NCBI GenBank assembly: GCA_964016885.1
Contig: OZ024746.1
Location: 36,580,001-36,644,000 of the forward strand
Source: Eledone cirrhosa
Lineage: Eukaryota
Direction: 5' to 3'
Length of the DNA stretch: 64,000 nucleotides
The position numbers and the translations under genes were made by a program. The notes below the pieces were generated by a model that was not told the origin of the DNA, made no database searches, and worked only from the letters and a program-made list of their open reading frames with translations. Below are positions 15,668-28,888 of this stretch, piece by piece. Numbering within the stretch: the stretch's first letter is position 1; every line of letters begins with the position of its first letter.

Positions 15668-15806
15668 TAGGCGGTGAATTGGCAGTGTCGTTATAATGTC
15701 GGCTAACATGCATTACGGTATTCATTTCGGCTTTCTGAGATCAGATTCCACCGAGGTTACCTTTTCGTTTCATCTATCTGATTCCGAGAAAAAATTAATT
15801 ACCAGT
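15668..15806 (+). mobile_element. degenerate tRNA-derived SINE
   Basis: GGCGGTGAATTGGCAG...TCTGAGATCAGATTCCACCGAGGTTACCTTTTC resembles the 9960 family. Confidence 0.6.
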
Positions 15807-16565
15807 CTTTTTTTCCTATATATTCCTTTCTCATCTCGATTCTCTTACATTCTCTCCTTCTGTGAAAAACATCGGCTGTATTCAGACCTGGAAAGGAAAT
15901 GAGCTGCTACCAGGGTTTCGTAGTATAATAAGACGCAACCTAAACCCATGCTAAAATGTGTCCACCGATTTGACGCTTCTGATCTCGAATTTTATGATAT
16001 TAAATGCAACAGCAAAAAAAACAAAAAAACAAAGAAACAATAAAAATTTGTTATCATCATTATATGTTGGTCCCTCTCATGAAAAAATAAACGTTTCACA
16101 CAACGATTACAAAAACTGGGAAAACAAGCAAGGTTACATGAAAACAAATTATTATATCATTGAAAGTGAAGATGTTATCATGCTGACCTGATATAGTGAA
16201 TTTCGTGAATTTGGATGAGTTAATATGCTGGAAAAAGTGAACGTGTAGATGATTTACAAATATCCCTTGGTCGCAGAGAGAAATATTATCTTTTTTTTTT
16301 CATCGCCCTTCTCTTCATCACGCTTTCTCTCTCACAGAAAAACAAAATCTTATAAACTTCAAAGTATCCTATTTCCTGATGCAGACCGCCAACTGTTTCC
16401 TCGGTTCCGGTGGTCTAATAAAGAATTTATATACATGGATTGCAATTCCGTAAGCCGGTTCTCACTATTGCATATGATTCACCAAACTGAATTTAGTCAC
16501 GAAACGTCTGTCGATGAATCCGTTCCTTTCACATCAAACTTATTACTCCCATGTGAAGTCAATAT

Positions 16566-16637
<72 letters not shown>

Positions 16638-18105
16638 GTGTTTGCGCGCGTGTGTGTAGGTGTGGGTGTGTGTGTGTGTGTGTGTTTGTGTGTGTGGACG
16701 TATATCTGTGTAAGGTAATAATTTACTTACATCCCGCTGCAATTGACTACCGAAAGAAATATTTTGTCGGATTGTCTTCTAGCTATTTGTTTTTTATGGA
16801 ATATGTATTTGCCTTTGATAGTCTTTCCCATGCATAGTGTTCATAATTTCTGTATCATTGTATGTGCTACATTTTGGTGTATTTGTTTGAATGTGCGTAA
16901 AGAGAGAAACGGAGAGGGAATTAACGCTTTGGGGTGAGAGTAATTTAGCCATTACATGACTTGAACCAAATCTATATTTTCTCGAACTCGATAAACATTG
17001 ACATCATGTAGTTAAATATGAATTGCATTAGAGTAAATGTGTCGTAATCGTAATGGCACGTATGTGAATAAAGAATACTTGAAAACTCACATTGTGAAAT
17101 ACAAACGTTCGTTAAACCATTTTATATCCATGATATATGCATATGCATATGAAAACGATTTCAGTCGGAAAAGGTTTTGCAATATTTAGTGCTTCCTTAT
17201 TTAATTGCGTATCGCAAGGAGTAATTTCGAGTATAGCTATTTATAATATACACAAACAAGTAAAGGAATCTAACTGACTCAATTACAATCAAGAATAAAC
17301 AGTTCGAAGAAAGAATTAATAAATATGTGTTTTAATAATATTTTCGGAAAAGTAAATAAAATATAAATACTAATTTCCTTCACGTAAGTAAATATTTATA
17401 CAATATGAACTTTTAGCAACATTTAACAATTGAATCAGAAATAGTCGAGCTGACCAATCGCCACTCTATATCAATGTGCTCAGTAAGTTCAGTGTCCTGT
17501 TAGAATGTGATTGGAATAGTATCCGCACACATGCAGTTCCTTCCAGTGAATAAGGTAGATACTTTCTTGTTTCTCATGACCGTTTTCACGAGTGGTGGAA
17601 GCCATGTGGCTGAGATAAGTGCAAACATTCCAGGAACTTGTGCAGAAATGGGCGAGCTACAACATTCCATCATAAGCAGTGAGGTAGGTGCAAAAGCGAA
17701 CGTCGCTCTCTCCAATTCAGTATTCGTGCCAAATCCTAACTATGGTCATTAATCATGTGTAATGACATAAAGAGAATGAATATGAACATGAATATAACCG
17801 TCTGAAATAGAGTAATTCTAAATGTATTTGGAGTAACGTTAATCCATAGACTACGTAGCTTGGTTATCAGGGAATCTTTCCAGGTCGGCGCTATACTTCT
17901 ACGCATAAAGAAAAAGGAGTTTCAAAATTACAGACATGTGGACATGATGTGTCACTGGACAAGTTTTTTCAGGCAAAAGTAACAGACAGGTTAGACTGAG
18001 AAAGTCTCCCAACAACATGTTTGGATAACACCCATGAGCTCAGCAGGATTCGCTTCGGCTGCATTTACTTGAATCAACAGTTTAAACGATTATATATATA
18101 TATAC

Positions 18106-18162
<57 letters not shown>

Positions 18163-18371
18163 TAAAAGTTTTGTCATGACTAATCACTGCCATGACTAAA
18201 TTATAACCATCAACATAGTCAAGGTATGTCGGTCATCAACTTCTTTTATCTGATGAGGAAGTACTGTTGAAATATCTCAGTACCTCTGAAATATGTATAA
18301 TAAAATATATTTGATCACATGAATGTCTATATTTATTAATATTTTGAAGTAATATATATATATATATATCA

Positions 18372-18433
18372 AGGGCGGTGCCCCAGCATGGCCTCAGCCG
18401 GATGGCTGAAACAGGTAAAAGAGTAAAAGAGTA
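18372..18433 (+). mobile_element. 3' tail of a second SINE/LINE family
   Basis: GGGCGGTGCCCCAGCATGGCC...GCTGAAACAGGTAAAAGAGTAAAAGAGTAA with a short tandem tail; recalled as a common octopus SINE tail. Confidence 0.55.
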
Positions 18434-18899
18434 ATATATGTGTGGGTGTATGTGTGTGTGTCTGTGTGTGTGTGTGAGCGCGCGTGCGCATGTGCATATT
18501 TGCAAAAGTTATCAATATTCGAAAAAGTAACAATAGATATAATGCATATTTGTAAATCTATTGTATCTCCCTATTTTTCTAACGGCAATAAAAAGAGATA
18601 ATCCAGAAGAAGCCATCCCTAGGAATATTAATATAAACATAATTCGATGCTCCCTTTCTCTCAATCCTTTTTATCTTAATTTTCTGATAAGTTTAGCCTT
18701 CCTATCTCATAATACCTCACATACTTTGAGTATCCAATCAAACTCACCCCATCAACATAATGCATATACGAAAACATAATAACAATAATATCTCTCAAAT
18801 CCTAAATTGAGCAGATAACGAGTCACATTGTAAACCTTAGAAGCGTCAGCACTAAACGATGTATTATTCAGATTAAATGACGTCTCAAATATTCCTGTT

Positions 18900-19660
18900 C
18901 TTTTTGACATCATAGATAGAAATTCTCCACCGGAATATAGATACCATTGATTAATAACCGAAAAGCAGCTGATTGAGTTGACTACATAGTCATTAGTAAC
19001 CACCGTAAATTCTCAAGGCTAAATTATCTAAATTCTGAATAGAACGTCTTGCAGTTGTCCCCTAAAGGGCTATTGCCTTAAGAAAAATATAGTTTATAAA
19101 TGCACTCTCTATGCCGCTAAATCAAATAAATTCTATACAGGCGCTATTACCAATTCCTTCCAAATTCGTTATAATTCCTTCCCACATACTATGAAGAAGA
19201 ATTTAATCAGCACCAGCTCCGTAGATCCATATATTTCCTTTTTAAATAAATCTAAAACCTCTTATCATCTATAATTCGTAGAACCTTTAGATTTATACTT
19301 CCCTGTAGGCCATAATTTTCGACAAATATTTGACCACCCCTGAGTGAAAACAAGCTACCCCTGTACCAATAATATGAAATCACACTTCACTAATAAACGC
19401 AAAAGATTTCGATCTTACAGCTGTTCATGCTGAAGGCCAGAAGAATAACACCGGCACCAACAGCGCAAAGCTCAAGTCGATATATATGAAGCGGACTTGA
19501 CCTCCACCAACCAGAATAATCAAAATTAGTATTCGCTTTATGTAGGAATGTCTAATTGCCTCTTCAAAAGACGTTTCCTGAATCAGGAAACGACATTCAG
19601 ACATCCTGACAGAAAGCATACCACTCTGCCTGCAAACCAGCGGCAAAACTTTCTCCATTA
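18900..19660 (+). mobile_element. degraded PLE GIY-YIG region and 3' UTR
   Basis: From 19050: CSCPLKGYCLKKNIVYKCTLYAAKSNKFYTGAITNSFQIRYN, a GIY-YIG pattern (IVY...YxG...F..R). Confidence 0.65.
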
Positions 19661-19681
19661 AATAAAGGATAATTAAGGATA

Positions 19682-19757
19682 ATTGTTTCTACTTTTTGGC
19701 TCAAGGCCAGCAATTTTTCCAGTGCATTACTGGTATTTATTTTATCGACCCCTTAAG
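19682..19757 (-). mobile_element. SINE 3' half interrupted by the PLE palindrome
   Basis: TTGTTTCTAC...AAGGCCAGCAATT..CCAGTGCATTACTGGTA..TTTTATCGACCCC, which stops where the PLE arm begins. Confidence 0.7.
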
Positions 19758-19759
19758 GA

Positions 19760-21910
19760 GGAACACACGCACAATGCTTTCATTTCAATTTATTATAATA
19801 AATTTATAAATTTAGGAATTTATAAATGTCCGATTGGTTGGTTGTTTCCACAACCAGATGGCTGTTTATATATTGTCAAAGTTCTTTCGTCACACATTCT
19901 GTGACCTTTTCAGTGACTGGGGATTCTTTTCTGTGTTTTTGTGCCTCTCCTTTGGTTCTGTCCTACGCCATTTTGTTTCTGTGTGTATGTTGTGTGCTCA
20001 GTCTGCGCATGCGCCACATCCGGGTGTCTGTGTCTGTTTATGTTCGTTAATTTATTTGTTTATTTACATGTTACATGTTGGCTGTTTGTTCTATGTGCGT
20101 GTGTGTTTTCATTTTGTCCGTAATTGTAAGTTGTGATGTTGCTGTTCCACTCATGTTTTCTATTTAATTTTGGTTGTAATTCTTTTATGTTTATTGCCTC
20201 AATGATTTGTCTAAACATTGCGTCTTTTCTGTGTGTAGATTCTATTTTTATTTCTATGTTCTCTAATTTAACCTTATGTTCTATTTTAGCATGCTGGTAG
20301 AGTACAGATAATTCTTTACTATCTTGAAGGTCTCGCCAGTGTTCATTTATCCGTTCCCCTACACTACGAGCTGTCTCACCTATATACACTATATTTTTGT
20401 CTCTACATTGTCCTTCAGTACATCTTATGCTATATACTACATTTCTAGTTTTACAGTTAATATGGGGGCTTAATTTACAGGTTATACATTTCTTATCTAT
20501 ACAGGGGGGTCTTTGAAAAGGGTATGTCTTGCTAATAAGTGTTTTTACGGAGGTACCTGGTGTATCTACTATCTTAATATTGAGTTTATTTGGGGCCCTT
20601 CTAAATTTGTAAGCTAATTCACCTCTAGGGGTTGTATCGATGAACATTACACTCTGGTATTTATTGCTATCATACCATGAGTTTATTCTATTAGCCTTAT
20701 TCCTAGTTCTTTCTATTCTATTCCAAAATGTGCTCCTATACAAGGAGCAGGTCCCATTTGTGTCATTATTTACCATTTTTTCCCATTTGGTTTTGGCTCG
20801 TCTATACACTCTGATTTTATCTCTCTGATTGTAACCAGAGAGCTGCATACGGTGGATGAAGTGTTGTATGTGTCTCTCTAGTTCTTCGGGGTTGCACATG
20901 CGGGACACGTTTCTCATCATCCGTACCAAATCTGCAATCAGTATGTTGATTATAGTATGGTCCGAAACAGCTGAGTTTCAGTGGATCAGATATTTGGAAG
21001 TCATGGGTTAGGCATAATGGGAATGGAGGATTTGTTTTTTGTTATTAATGGTATCTAACCAGAGCTCTGTGTCTAGTACAGGTAATCGATGGTTAGGGTG
21101 TTTACTTGGGTAGTCTATAGTAACTCTAAAACTCTGTTGGATGGAGTTAGCTATTTGCTGGATGCTTTCCATTGTGTTTTTCTCTAATTACTGACTGTTC
21201 TCTAGTGGGGGTGTTTTAACTACGATGTTTATATCATCAACGTAGCGGGAGTGCATTATCAGGGTTAAGGGGTCTTCTAATTGTTCTTTAAGTTTAAGTT
21301 TAAGTCTACTGTCCCACCATACCATGAATAATTTAGCTATGTCACCTGCAATGCCAACACCAATGGCTGCTCCTTCCTCTTGGGCATATGTTTTTCCATT
21401 AAATTTGAACATATGTTCATTAAGGGTTAATTTTATGCTGGCCACCACCGCATGTGCAATCATTTTCTTTAGTTCATCGTGGTTTTCGGGTGTCCGTATG
21501 ACTCTGGTCCAACCGTTCCATCTATCTGTGGGGGTTTTCTTGGCTATTTGGGTAATGGTAGGTGGTCTGCCTCTTGCTGGTCTTGTTGGGCACAGGTTGC
21601 TAAGGTCATATGTGTCTAGGTAATTATTACAATAGGTAAGTTTAAGTAGGAGTCCCAGCTCACTGGTATCAATCCTACGGAACTCAACATTGCTCTCACT
21701 GATCCTTTCTACGCATTTCTCCACAGCAAAACCCACGTCAATAGATGGATCCAGGGTAACAGAATCCATACTATCTTTTATGCAGTTTGTTAGGCCCCTA
21801 GATCGGTTACTCCCGCCGATTCTGCTGAGGAAGTCCTCCGTGCTGTCATACATCTGGGGACATTTCAATGATGGGGCGTATGATCAGGGAGAGGAAGTAG
21901 GACAGTATGT
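19760..21910 (-). mobile_element. 5'-truncated PLE (RT + GIY-YIG), left arm of palindrome
   Basis: ORF 21188..21868 carries SMDSVTLDPSID, GAAIG and RYVDDI; ORF 20060..20929 carries CKTRNVVYSIRC, YIGETARSVGERINEH and IEAINI. RT homology (LSYFLSLIIRP) continues to ~21910. Confidence 0.92.
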
Positions 21911-23845
21911 AGACATATATGACCTTAGCAACCTGTGCCCTACAAGACCAGCAAGAAGAGACCACCTACCATTACCTCAATGGCCAAGAAAACTCACACA
22001 GATGGATGGATCGGGTGGAACAGAGCCATACGGACACCCGAAAACCACGATGAACTAAAGAAAATGATTGCACATGCGGTGGGGGCCAGCATAATATTAA
22101 CCCTTAAGGAACATATGTTCAAATTTAATGGAAAAACATATGCCCAAGAGGATGGAGCAGCCATTGGTGTTAGCATTGCCGGCGACATAGCTAACTTATT
22201 CATGGTATGGTGGGACAGTAGACTTAAACTTAAACTTAAAGAACAATTAGAAGACCCCTTAACCCTGATAATGTACTCCCGCTACGTTGATGATATAAAC
22301 ATCGTAGTTAAAACACCCCCACTAAGGAACAGTCAGTAATTAGAGAAAAACACAATGGCAAGCATCCAGCAAATAGCTAACTCCATCCACCAGAGTATTA
22401 GAGTTACTATAGACTACCCAAGTAAACACCCCAACCATCGATTACCTGTACTAGACACAGAGTTCTGGTTAGATACCATTAATAACGAAAAACAAATCCT
22501 CCATTCCCATTATGCCAAACCCATGACTTCCAAATATCTGATCCACATAAACTCAGCTGTTTCGGACCATACCAATATCAACATATTGATTGCGGATTTG
22601 GTACGGATGATGAGAAACTTGTCCCGCATGTGCAACCCCGAAGAACTAGCGAGACACATACAACACTTCATACACCGTATGCAGTTCTCTGGTTACAATC
22701 AGAGAGATAAGATCAGCGTGTATAGAGGAGCCAAAACCAAATGGGAAAAAATGGTAAATAATGACACAAATGAGGCCTGCCCCTTGTATAGGAGCAACTT
22801 TTGGAATAGAATAGAAAGAACTAGGAATAAGGCTAATAGAATAAACTCATGGTATGTTAGCAATAAATACCAGAGTCTAATGTTCATCGATACAACCCCT
22901 AGAGGTGAATTAGCTTACAAATTTAGAAGGGCCCTAGATAAACATAAACTCAATATTAAGATAGTAGAAACACCAGGTACCTCCGTAAAAACACTTATTA
23001 GCAAGACATACCCTTTTCAAAGACCCCCCTGTATAGATAAAACATGTATAACCTGTAAATTAAGCCCCCATATTAACTGTAAAACTAGAAATGTAGTATA
23101 TAGCATAAGATGTACTGACGGACAATGTAGAGACAAAAATATAGTGTACATAGGTGAGACAGCTGATAGTGTAGGGGAACGGATAAATGAACACTGGCGA
23201 GACCTTCAAGATAGTAAATTATCATCTGTACTCTACCAACATGCAAACATTGTACATAAGGGTAAATTAGAGAACATAGAAATAAAAATAGAATCTACAC
23301 ACAGAAAAGACGCAGTGTTTAGACAAATCACAGAGGAAATAAACATAAAAGAATTACAACCAAAATTAAATAGAAAACATGAGTGGAACAACATGACAAC
23401 TTACAATTAAGGACAATATGAAAACACACGCACATAGAACAAACAACCAACCTGTAACATGTAAATACACAAATAAATAAACGAATATAAACACACACAG
23501 ACACCCAGATGCGGCGCATGCGCAGACTGAGCACACAACACGCACATAGAAACAAAATGGCGTAGGACATAACAAAGGAGAGACACAAAAGCAAAGAAAA
23601 GAAACCCCAGTCACTTAAGAGGTCCCATAATATGTGACGAAAGAACTTTGACAATATATAAACAACCATCTGGTTGTGGAACCAACCAACCAACCGGAAA
23701 TTTATAAATTCCTAAATTTATAAATGTATTATAATAAATTGAAGTGAAAGCAACTGATGTGTGTGTTTCTTATTGGCAACATGACCCTCCCAAAGTATAA
23801 CAATATCGGTTTAAACACACGTTTTCAGATAAAGAATCTTCCTAA
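21911..23845 (+). mobile_element. 5'-truncated PLE (RT + GIY-YIG), right arm of palindrome
   Basis: In-frame ORFs 21935..22339 (YSRYVDDI) and 22355..23410 (thumb, CKTRNVVY, YIGET). The 3' UTR ends just before (TA)n at 23864. Confidence 0.93.
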
Positions 23846-23860
23846 ACAAATTCTGAAACG

Positions 23861-24073
<213 letters not shown>

Positions 24074-24107
24074 TATATATATATAAATATATATATATTT
24101 ATTTAAA

Positions 24108-24830
24108 CTAGCGGTTTAGCCCGGCGTTGCTAGGGTTTGTTCAATTACTATGAAAAGTTACATACAGGTAAACGTGGCTTGAAAGACAATAAGTTTATCC
24201 ATTAAGTGCATAAAGCAGTTGAACCGGTTATTAAAAGTTACGAATCAATTAGCATGTTGGACAATAATTGATGGGCTACTGATCTTCCAATAGCGAATTT
24301 AGCAGACCAAAGTTGCAAGACGGTGGCTCTGATGCCACTATGTCAGATCTGTCCGCCATGGGTGACCCGACCAGGAAATAGTTTTCCAGTCGGCATAGCT
24401 CCAACACCTGCATCAATATCTATAGCAACTCTTTGTAGATATTGCGTGTCATCCCTTGAGGAGTGCGAGCAAAAAGTCAATTCCTGCTCTCTACGCGGGA
24501 ACAGGCAACATAAGGTTGGCCATGGGCGAAGTATGGCTCCCCAAAATGGATTCCCGCCACCAACAATATTTGCCTTTGTGATGTGTTAATGGAGATGGCA
24601 AAACATGGTCTCACCGGGAATTGGGATCGCCGGAAATCGAACGGGATATCTGACGCCGAGGGGAAAAGGCTCATCCTTGGCAGTGTATTCGGCAGAATTG
24701 CCAGAAGTACAACACTATGGGTGTTGTCATGTTAATATTTAACCAATGAAAGTCGTAAAAAAGAAATAATTTAAACAAGAATGGAAACATTATAAATATT
24801 TTCTGATGTCCGTCAGACACCCCTGAGTAA
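24108..24830 (-). mobile_element. Helitron 3' fragment (Pif1-like helicase C-terminus, terminal hairpin, CTAG)
   Basis: ORF 24477..24674 reads DIPFDFRRSQFPVRPCFAISINTSQRQ..HGQPYVACSRV (cf. QFPVRLAFAMTINKSQGQ, HGQLYVACSRV). The minus-strand end is CCCTAGCAACGCCGGG-ctaaaccg-CTAG followed by T. The 5' boundary is uncertain. Confidence 0.85.
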
Positions 24831-25109
24831 CCATCTAGCAACATGTGGTCAGAAAATATTTATAATATTTCCATGCTACAAACTGCACAGCCCAAGTGAA
24901 ATCAAGAGAAAAATTAAAGAAAATAATTTTATTGAAAAATTCCAACTCAAGCAAATGAACAATAATAATGCTTAGGAGTATTACTTCTACTATTACTACG
25001 CCTACAACCATGTCGACTGACACGACTAACAACAACAACAACAATAATAATAGTTTCTACGTTGGATCCAACTGATAAGGTATGATTTTCCTGGGTATAT
25101 CTCTATTTA

Positions 25110-25330
25110 TAAAACATGCTTTGTATGTTATCCGAAGAAAGCGTATCAAAGTGTTTTGGTACCCGTCAAATAAATATAATAAAATAAATATGGTTTTATA
25201 AATATAGTTTCCATTTATTTAATATCATTAAATATTTACTCCAGGAAACTGTTGAGTGCTCTAAATCAGTTAAAACACATTTACATTTATATTTGTCGGA
25301 TTTCCAACAAATTAAATATCCCTTCTACTT
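25110..25330 (+). repeat. diverged direct repeat (pseudo-LTR-like) of 28030-28232
   Basis: Shared AAATAAATATGG(T/C)TTTATAAATATAGTTTCCATTT...TTGAGTGCT..ATCAGTTA; both copies end in TA repeats. Confidence 0.65.
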
Positions 25331-25350
25331 ATATATATAAATATATATAT

Positions 25351-28231
25351 ATGGGATCATCCGATTCCGCTCAGGTAACGGATCTTGTGGGTCTCTTTAT
25401 AAATAATTATCTACATAGGAAAATACCTGAGACACCCGGACGTTTATGTCGTGACGACATGCTTTTACTTATAGAAAATAATAACTGTGAACTAAATAGA
25501 AAAAGAAAACAAATTATAAAATGTTTTAATTAACTTAATCTAAATGTAGAAATAGAGAATAACATTAAAATAGTTAACTTTCTAGATGTAACACTAAATC
25601 TTAACACATGTCTCATTATCCATTTCACAAACTAAATGATAACTTAAACTACGTCAATTTTAACTCTAGTCACCCCAGATCCGTTAATAATACTATAGTG
25701 AACTCTGTACAGGAACGTATTTCGAGAATTTCAGCTAATAAGAATATATTTGTTGAAAAAGCACATTATTACAACGAAGCGTTGGATAGAAATAAAATTA
25801 AATAAATTGATAATAATAATAATATAACAACTAACCATAATCGTAACAATTTTAAGTACGGTAACAATTTTAACAACTATAATAGAAAACCTTACATTAA
25901 TTCCGAAAGCGGAAAAAGAAATAAAACTAGGAACATAATATGGTTCGCTCCTCCTTTCTCATTAAATATTAAAACCCCTATTGCTAAACTATTTTTTAAA
26001 GCTCTTGACAAATGCTTCCATAGAACACATAGATATTATTCAATTTTTAATAGGCATACCATAAAATTAACTTATTCTTCCACCAAAAATTTAGCGCAAA
26101 ATATTAATAGAATTAATAATAGAAATGTAAAACCTAACCAAAATACCACTAATAACCCAAGCAATATCCAATTTGATAAATGTAACTGTAGAAATAAATC
26201 TAACTGTCCGTTAAATAACAATTGCTTAGCAAAAAATATAATATATAATTGTAATGTAAAAACTAATTTTAATTCATTTAATTATGTGGGATCCATTTCC
26301 ACAGAGTATAAATCCCGCTTCAATAATCATAAAAATTATTTTACAGATCCAAGCAAAAATCTTCTACTTCTCTATTCAGCCTATTATGGGACCTCAAACT
26401 AAAGAACGTTGAATATTCGTTGATTTGGAATATTATTTCAAAAGCTACTCCTTTTAACTCCACTTCAGAAAATTGTGAACTTTCTATGGAGGAAATATTC
26501 TTTATATTAAAGACAAAAAATTCCCTGAATTAAGGAATAATTTATTCAGTTGCTGTAGACAGATTAAACTCAACGTTTAAATATAAATATAAATTTAAGA
26601 TGTAATATATAATTAATTAATTAATTAATTTTATTAATATATTGAACCTGTCGATAAATCATTAGATTCCTTCATTTTTTTTTACTGATTATACACTCAA
26701 CTAAAGATAACTTTTCTTCCTAAATATAAATAAATATAATAAACTATTCTAGAGAAATATACTGAGGGCTGTTGAAAGGAGAAAATATTTCTTATATTTT
26801 TTTTTTTTATTGTTTGATAGCTTCTCCTATTTTCGAAAGTTTTTCCTTTCAAAGTTTCTGTTTATTTTTTTTATGGATATAAATTTAAGTTAAATATACG
26901 TAGAAAATGTGTATACTAAATCTATTAAACATACTATTATTTTGAAATTATAACTTGAAATATTCTATAATATTTTAAAGTTATATTGCTTATAATTATA
27001 TTTCCAAATCGTAATATAATTCCTTTGTATTTTCTGTACTCAATTATACTATGTACTGTATTCAAATATACTTCTCTCTATATGTGTGTATATATGTATG
27101 TGTGTGTATTGACATACATGTACATACGTTTTATGCGCGTATGTCTATATGTATATATATACGTGTTGCGTATCTACATATTTATGAGGGTACATATATG
27201 TATGTATATGTGGGAATTTTGTATGTACATGTGCGTGTATATCCATACAATTCGATTGCACTTATATATAGTGATTATCCCAAGATTCGTGACAAATAAC
27301 AGACATAAATACATAACAGGTAATCTTATAAAACTTATATAAAAAAAAAAATTGTTTAATAACATAAAGTGTGTATGACATAAAATTTCCTTTAATATCT
27401 TAACAATTGTAACATTTTATAAGATTCCTATATCTTAAATTAAATTAAAGAATCCTTTATATTTTGTATGTATATATTATATACGTAGTTAGATATGTAT
27501 ATGTATTTTTATAAGTGTGTATATATATTTATATGTATGTATTTTTGCGTGTGTATAAGTGTTATATAATATATAGATCTTTAATAATATATGGATTTCT
27601 TAATATATAGATCCCAATGTTAAATATATTGATCTCAATATTTAACTGATTAACTAAACATCTAATCATATTTAAACAATGGTTACATTTCTCATATTAT
27701 ATATGTATATTCCATTCATGATTATTAACATTTCTAATTTTATTTATTCCTTTCATCTCTATTGTTAGGTTAACTCAACAAGATATGACTTAGAGTTTTT
27801 CGTTCTCTCTCCGTTCGCTGTCTCCTCTCTCTTTCTATCTTTCTCTCTATGTTGTTCGGGTCTTTTTCTCTCTTTCCTTCTATATCTTTCTCTTTTTCCG
27901 TAACCCAACGGCTTATTTTTAAAATATCTAATATTAATAATATAATTAAAGCTACAACTCCACTATCCGGGAGCTTCCAACAGTAATGGTTGCATTATTT
28001 AAGGGTATGTCAGATTTATTTATAAAACTGATCTATATTATATTTTATATGATGAAAGCATACCATAATTTAACTTGGTGTCCTTGAAATATGTATAATG
28101 AAATAAATATGGCTTTATAAATATAGTTTCCATTTGTTAATATCGTATTTTTACTCCAAATATTTATTGAGTGCTTTATATCAGTTATAAAATATTTGCT
28201 TGTTGTATCCCAACAATTTAAATAGAACTTT

Positions 28232-28232
<1 letters not shown>
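25351..28232 (+). mobile_element. degraded 5'-truncated PLE (Neptune-like) with long 3' UTR
   Basis: Motifs MGSSDSAQVTDLVG, CRDD, IVNFLDVTLNL, YVNFNSSHP, RNIIWFAPPFS, CNCRNKSNCPLNNNCLAKNIIY, NYVG. Collinear with the 47109-49440 element. Confidence 0.85.
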
Positions 28233-28320
<88 letters not shown>

Positions 28321-28322
<2 letters not shown>

Positions 28323-28833
28323 TATGAAATAACAGGAGGCTGGACTGGTGTAATTCCTTAAAAGTTTTATTCTATTTCAATGACCGGGTTCAGTATGAAT
28401 CCAGTGACATCATCAGATATTCAAAATCTATAAAAGGAATATAATAGGCACAATCCATGCGGCTGAACAATCAGAGACATGAGGGTGACCGAACATTTAG
28501 CATCTTCTACCCCGGTCGGCCGCCCTCAAGACTTGGGGGATTTTGTCTATTATATTCCTTTGTTATATTTCGAATACCTGATGATGTCACCGGATATATA
28601 CTGAACGCGGTCATTGAAATAGTATAATAAACCTTTTAAGGAATTATACCAGTCCAGCCTCCTGTTATTTTATAATAATTAACTCCGTACTCGCACCACC
28701 AACTACACAAACGAAGACGGGTGAGTTGCATTATGTTGTGAGCTCTCCATAATATTACAACGAATTTCACCATACGGAATGACCAGTTATATCCAGTAGT
28801 GAACCAACAACCCTAAATAAATAAATACATAAC

Positions 28834-28835
<2 letters not shown>
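28321..28835. mobile_element. fold-back element between (TA)n tracts (palindrome 28321-28676) with hammerhead-like core
   Basis: Arms ATTATGAAATAACAGGAGGCTGGACTGG and CCAGTCCAGCCTCCTGTTATTTTATAAT. CTGATGA at 28578, GAAA at 28616, AATAAA at 28626. Confidence 0.75.

Positions 28836-28884
<49 letters not shown>

Positions 28885-28888
<4 letters not shown>

Noticed and set aside
17500-17752. Overlapping ORFs in GC-richer unique sequence
   Set aside because: No recognisable domain and no convincing splice sites.
19760-23845. Assembly fold-back artefact
   Set aside because: The arms differ by many substitutions and indels and have different extents; an artefact would give near-identical arms. Long-read confirmation is still advisable.
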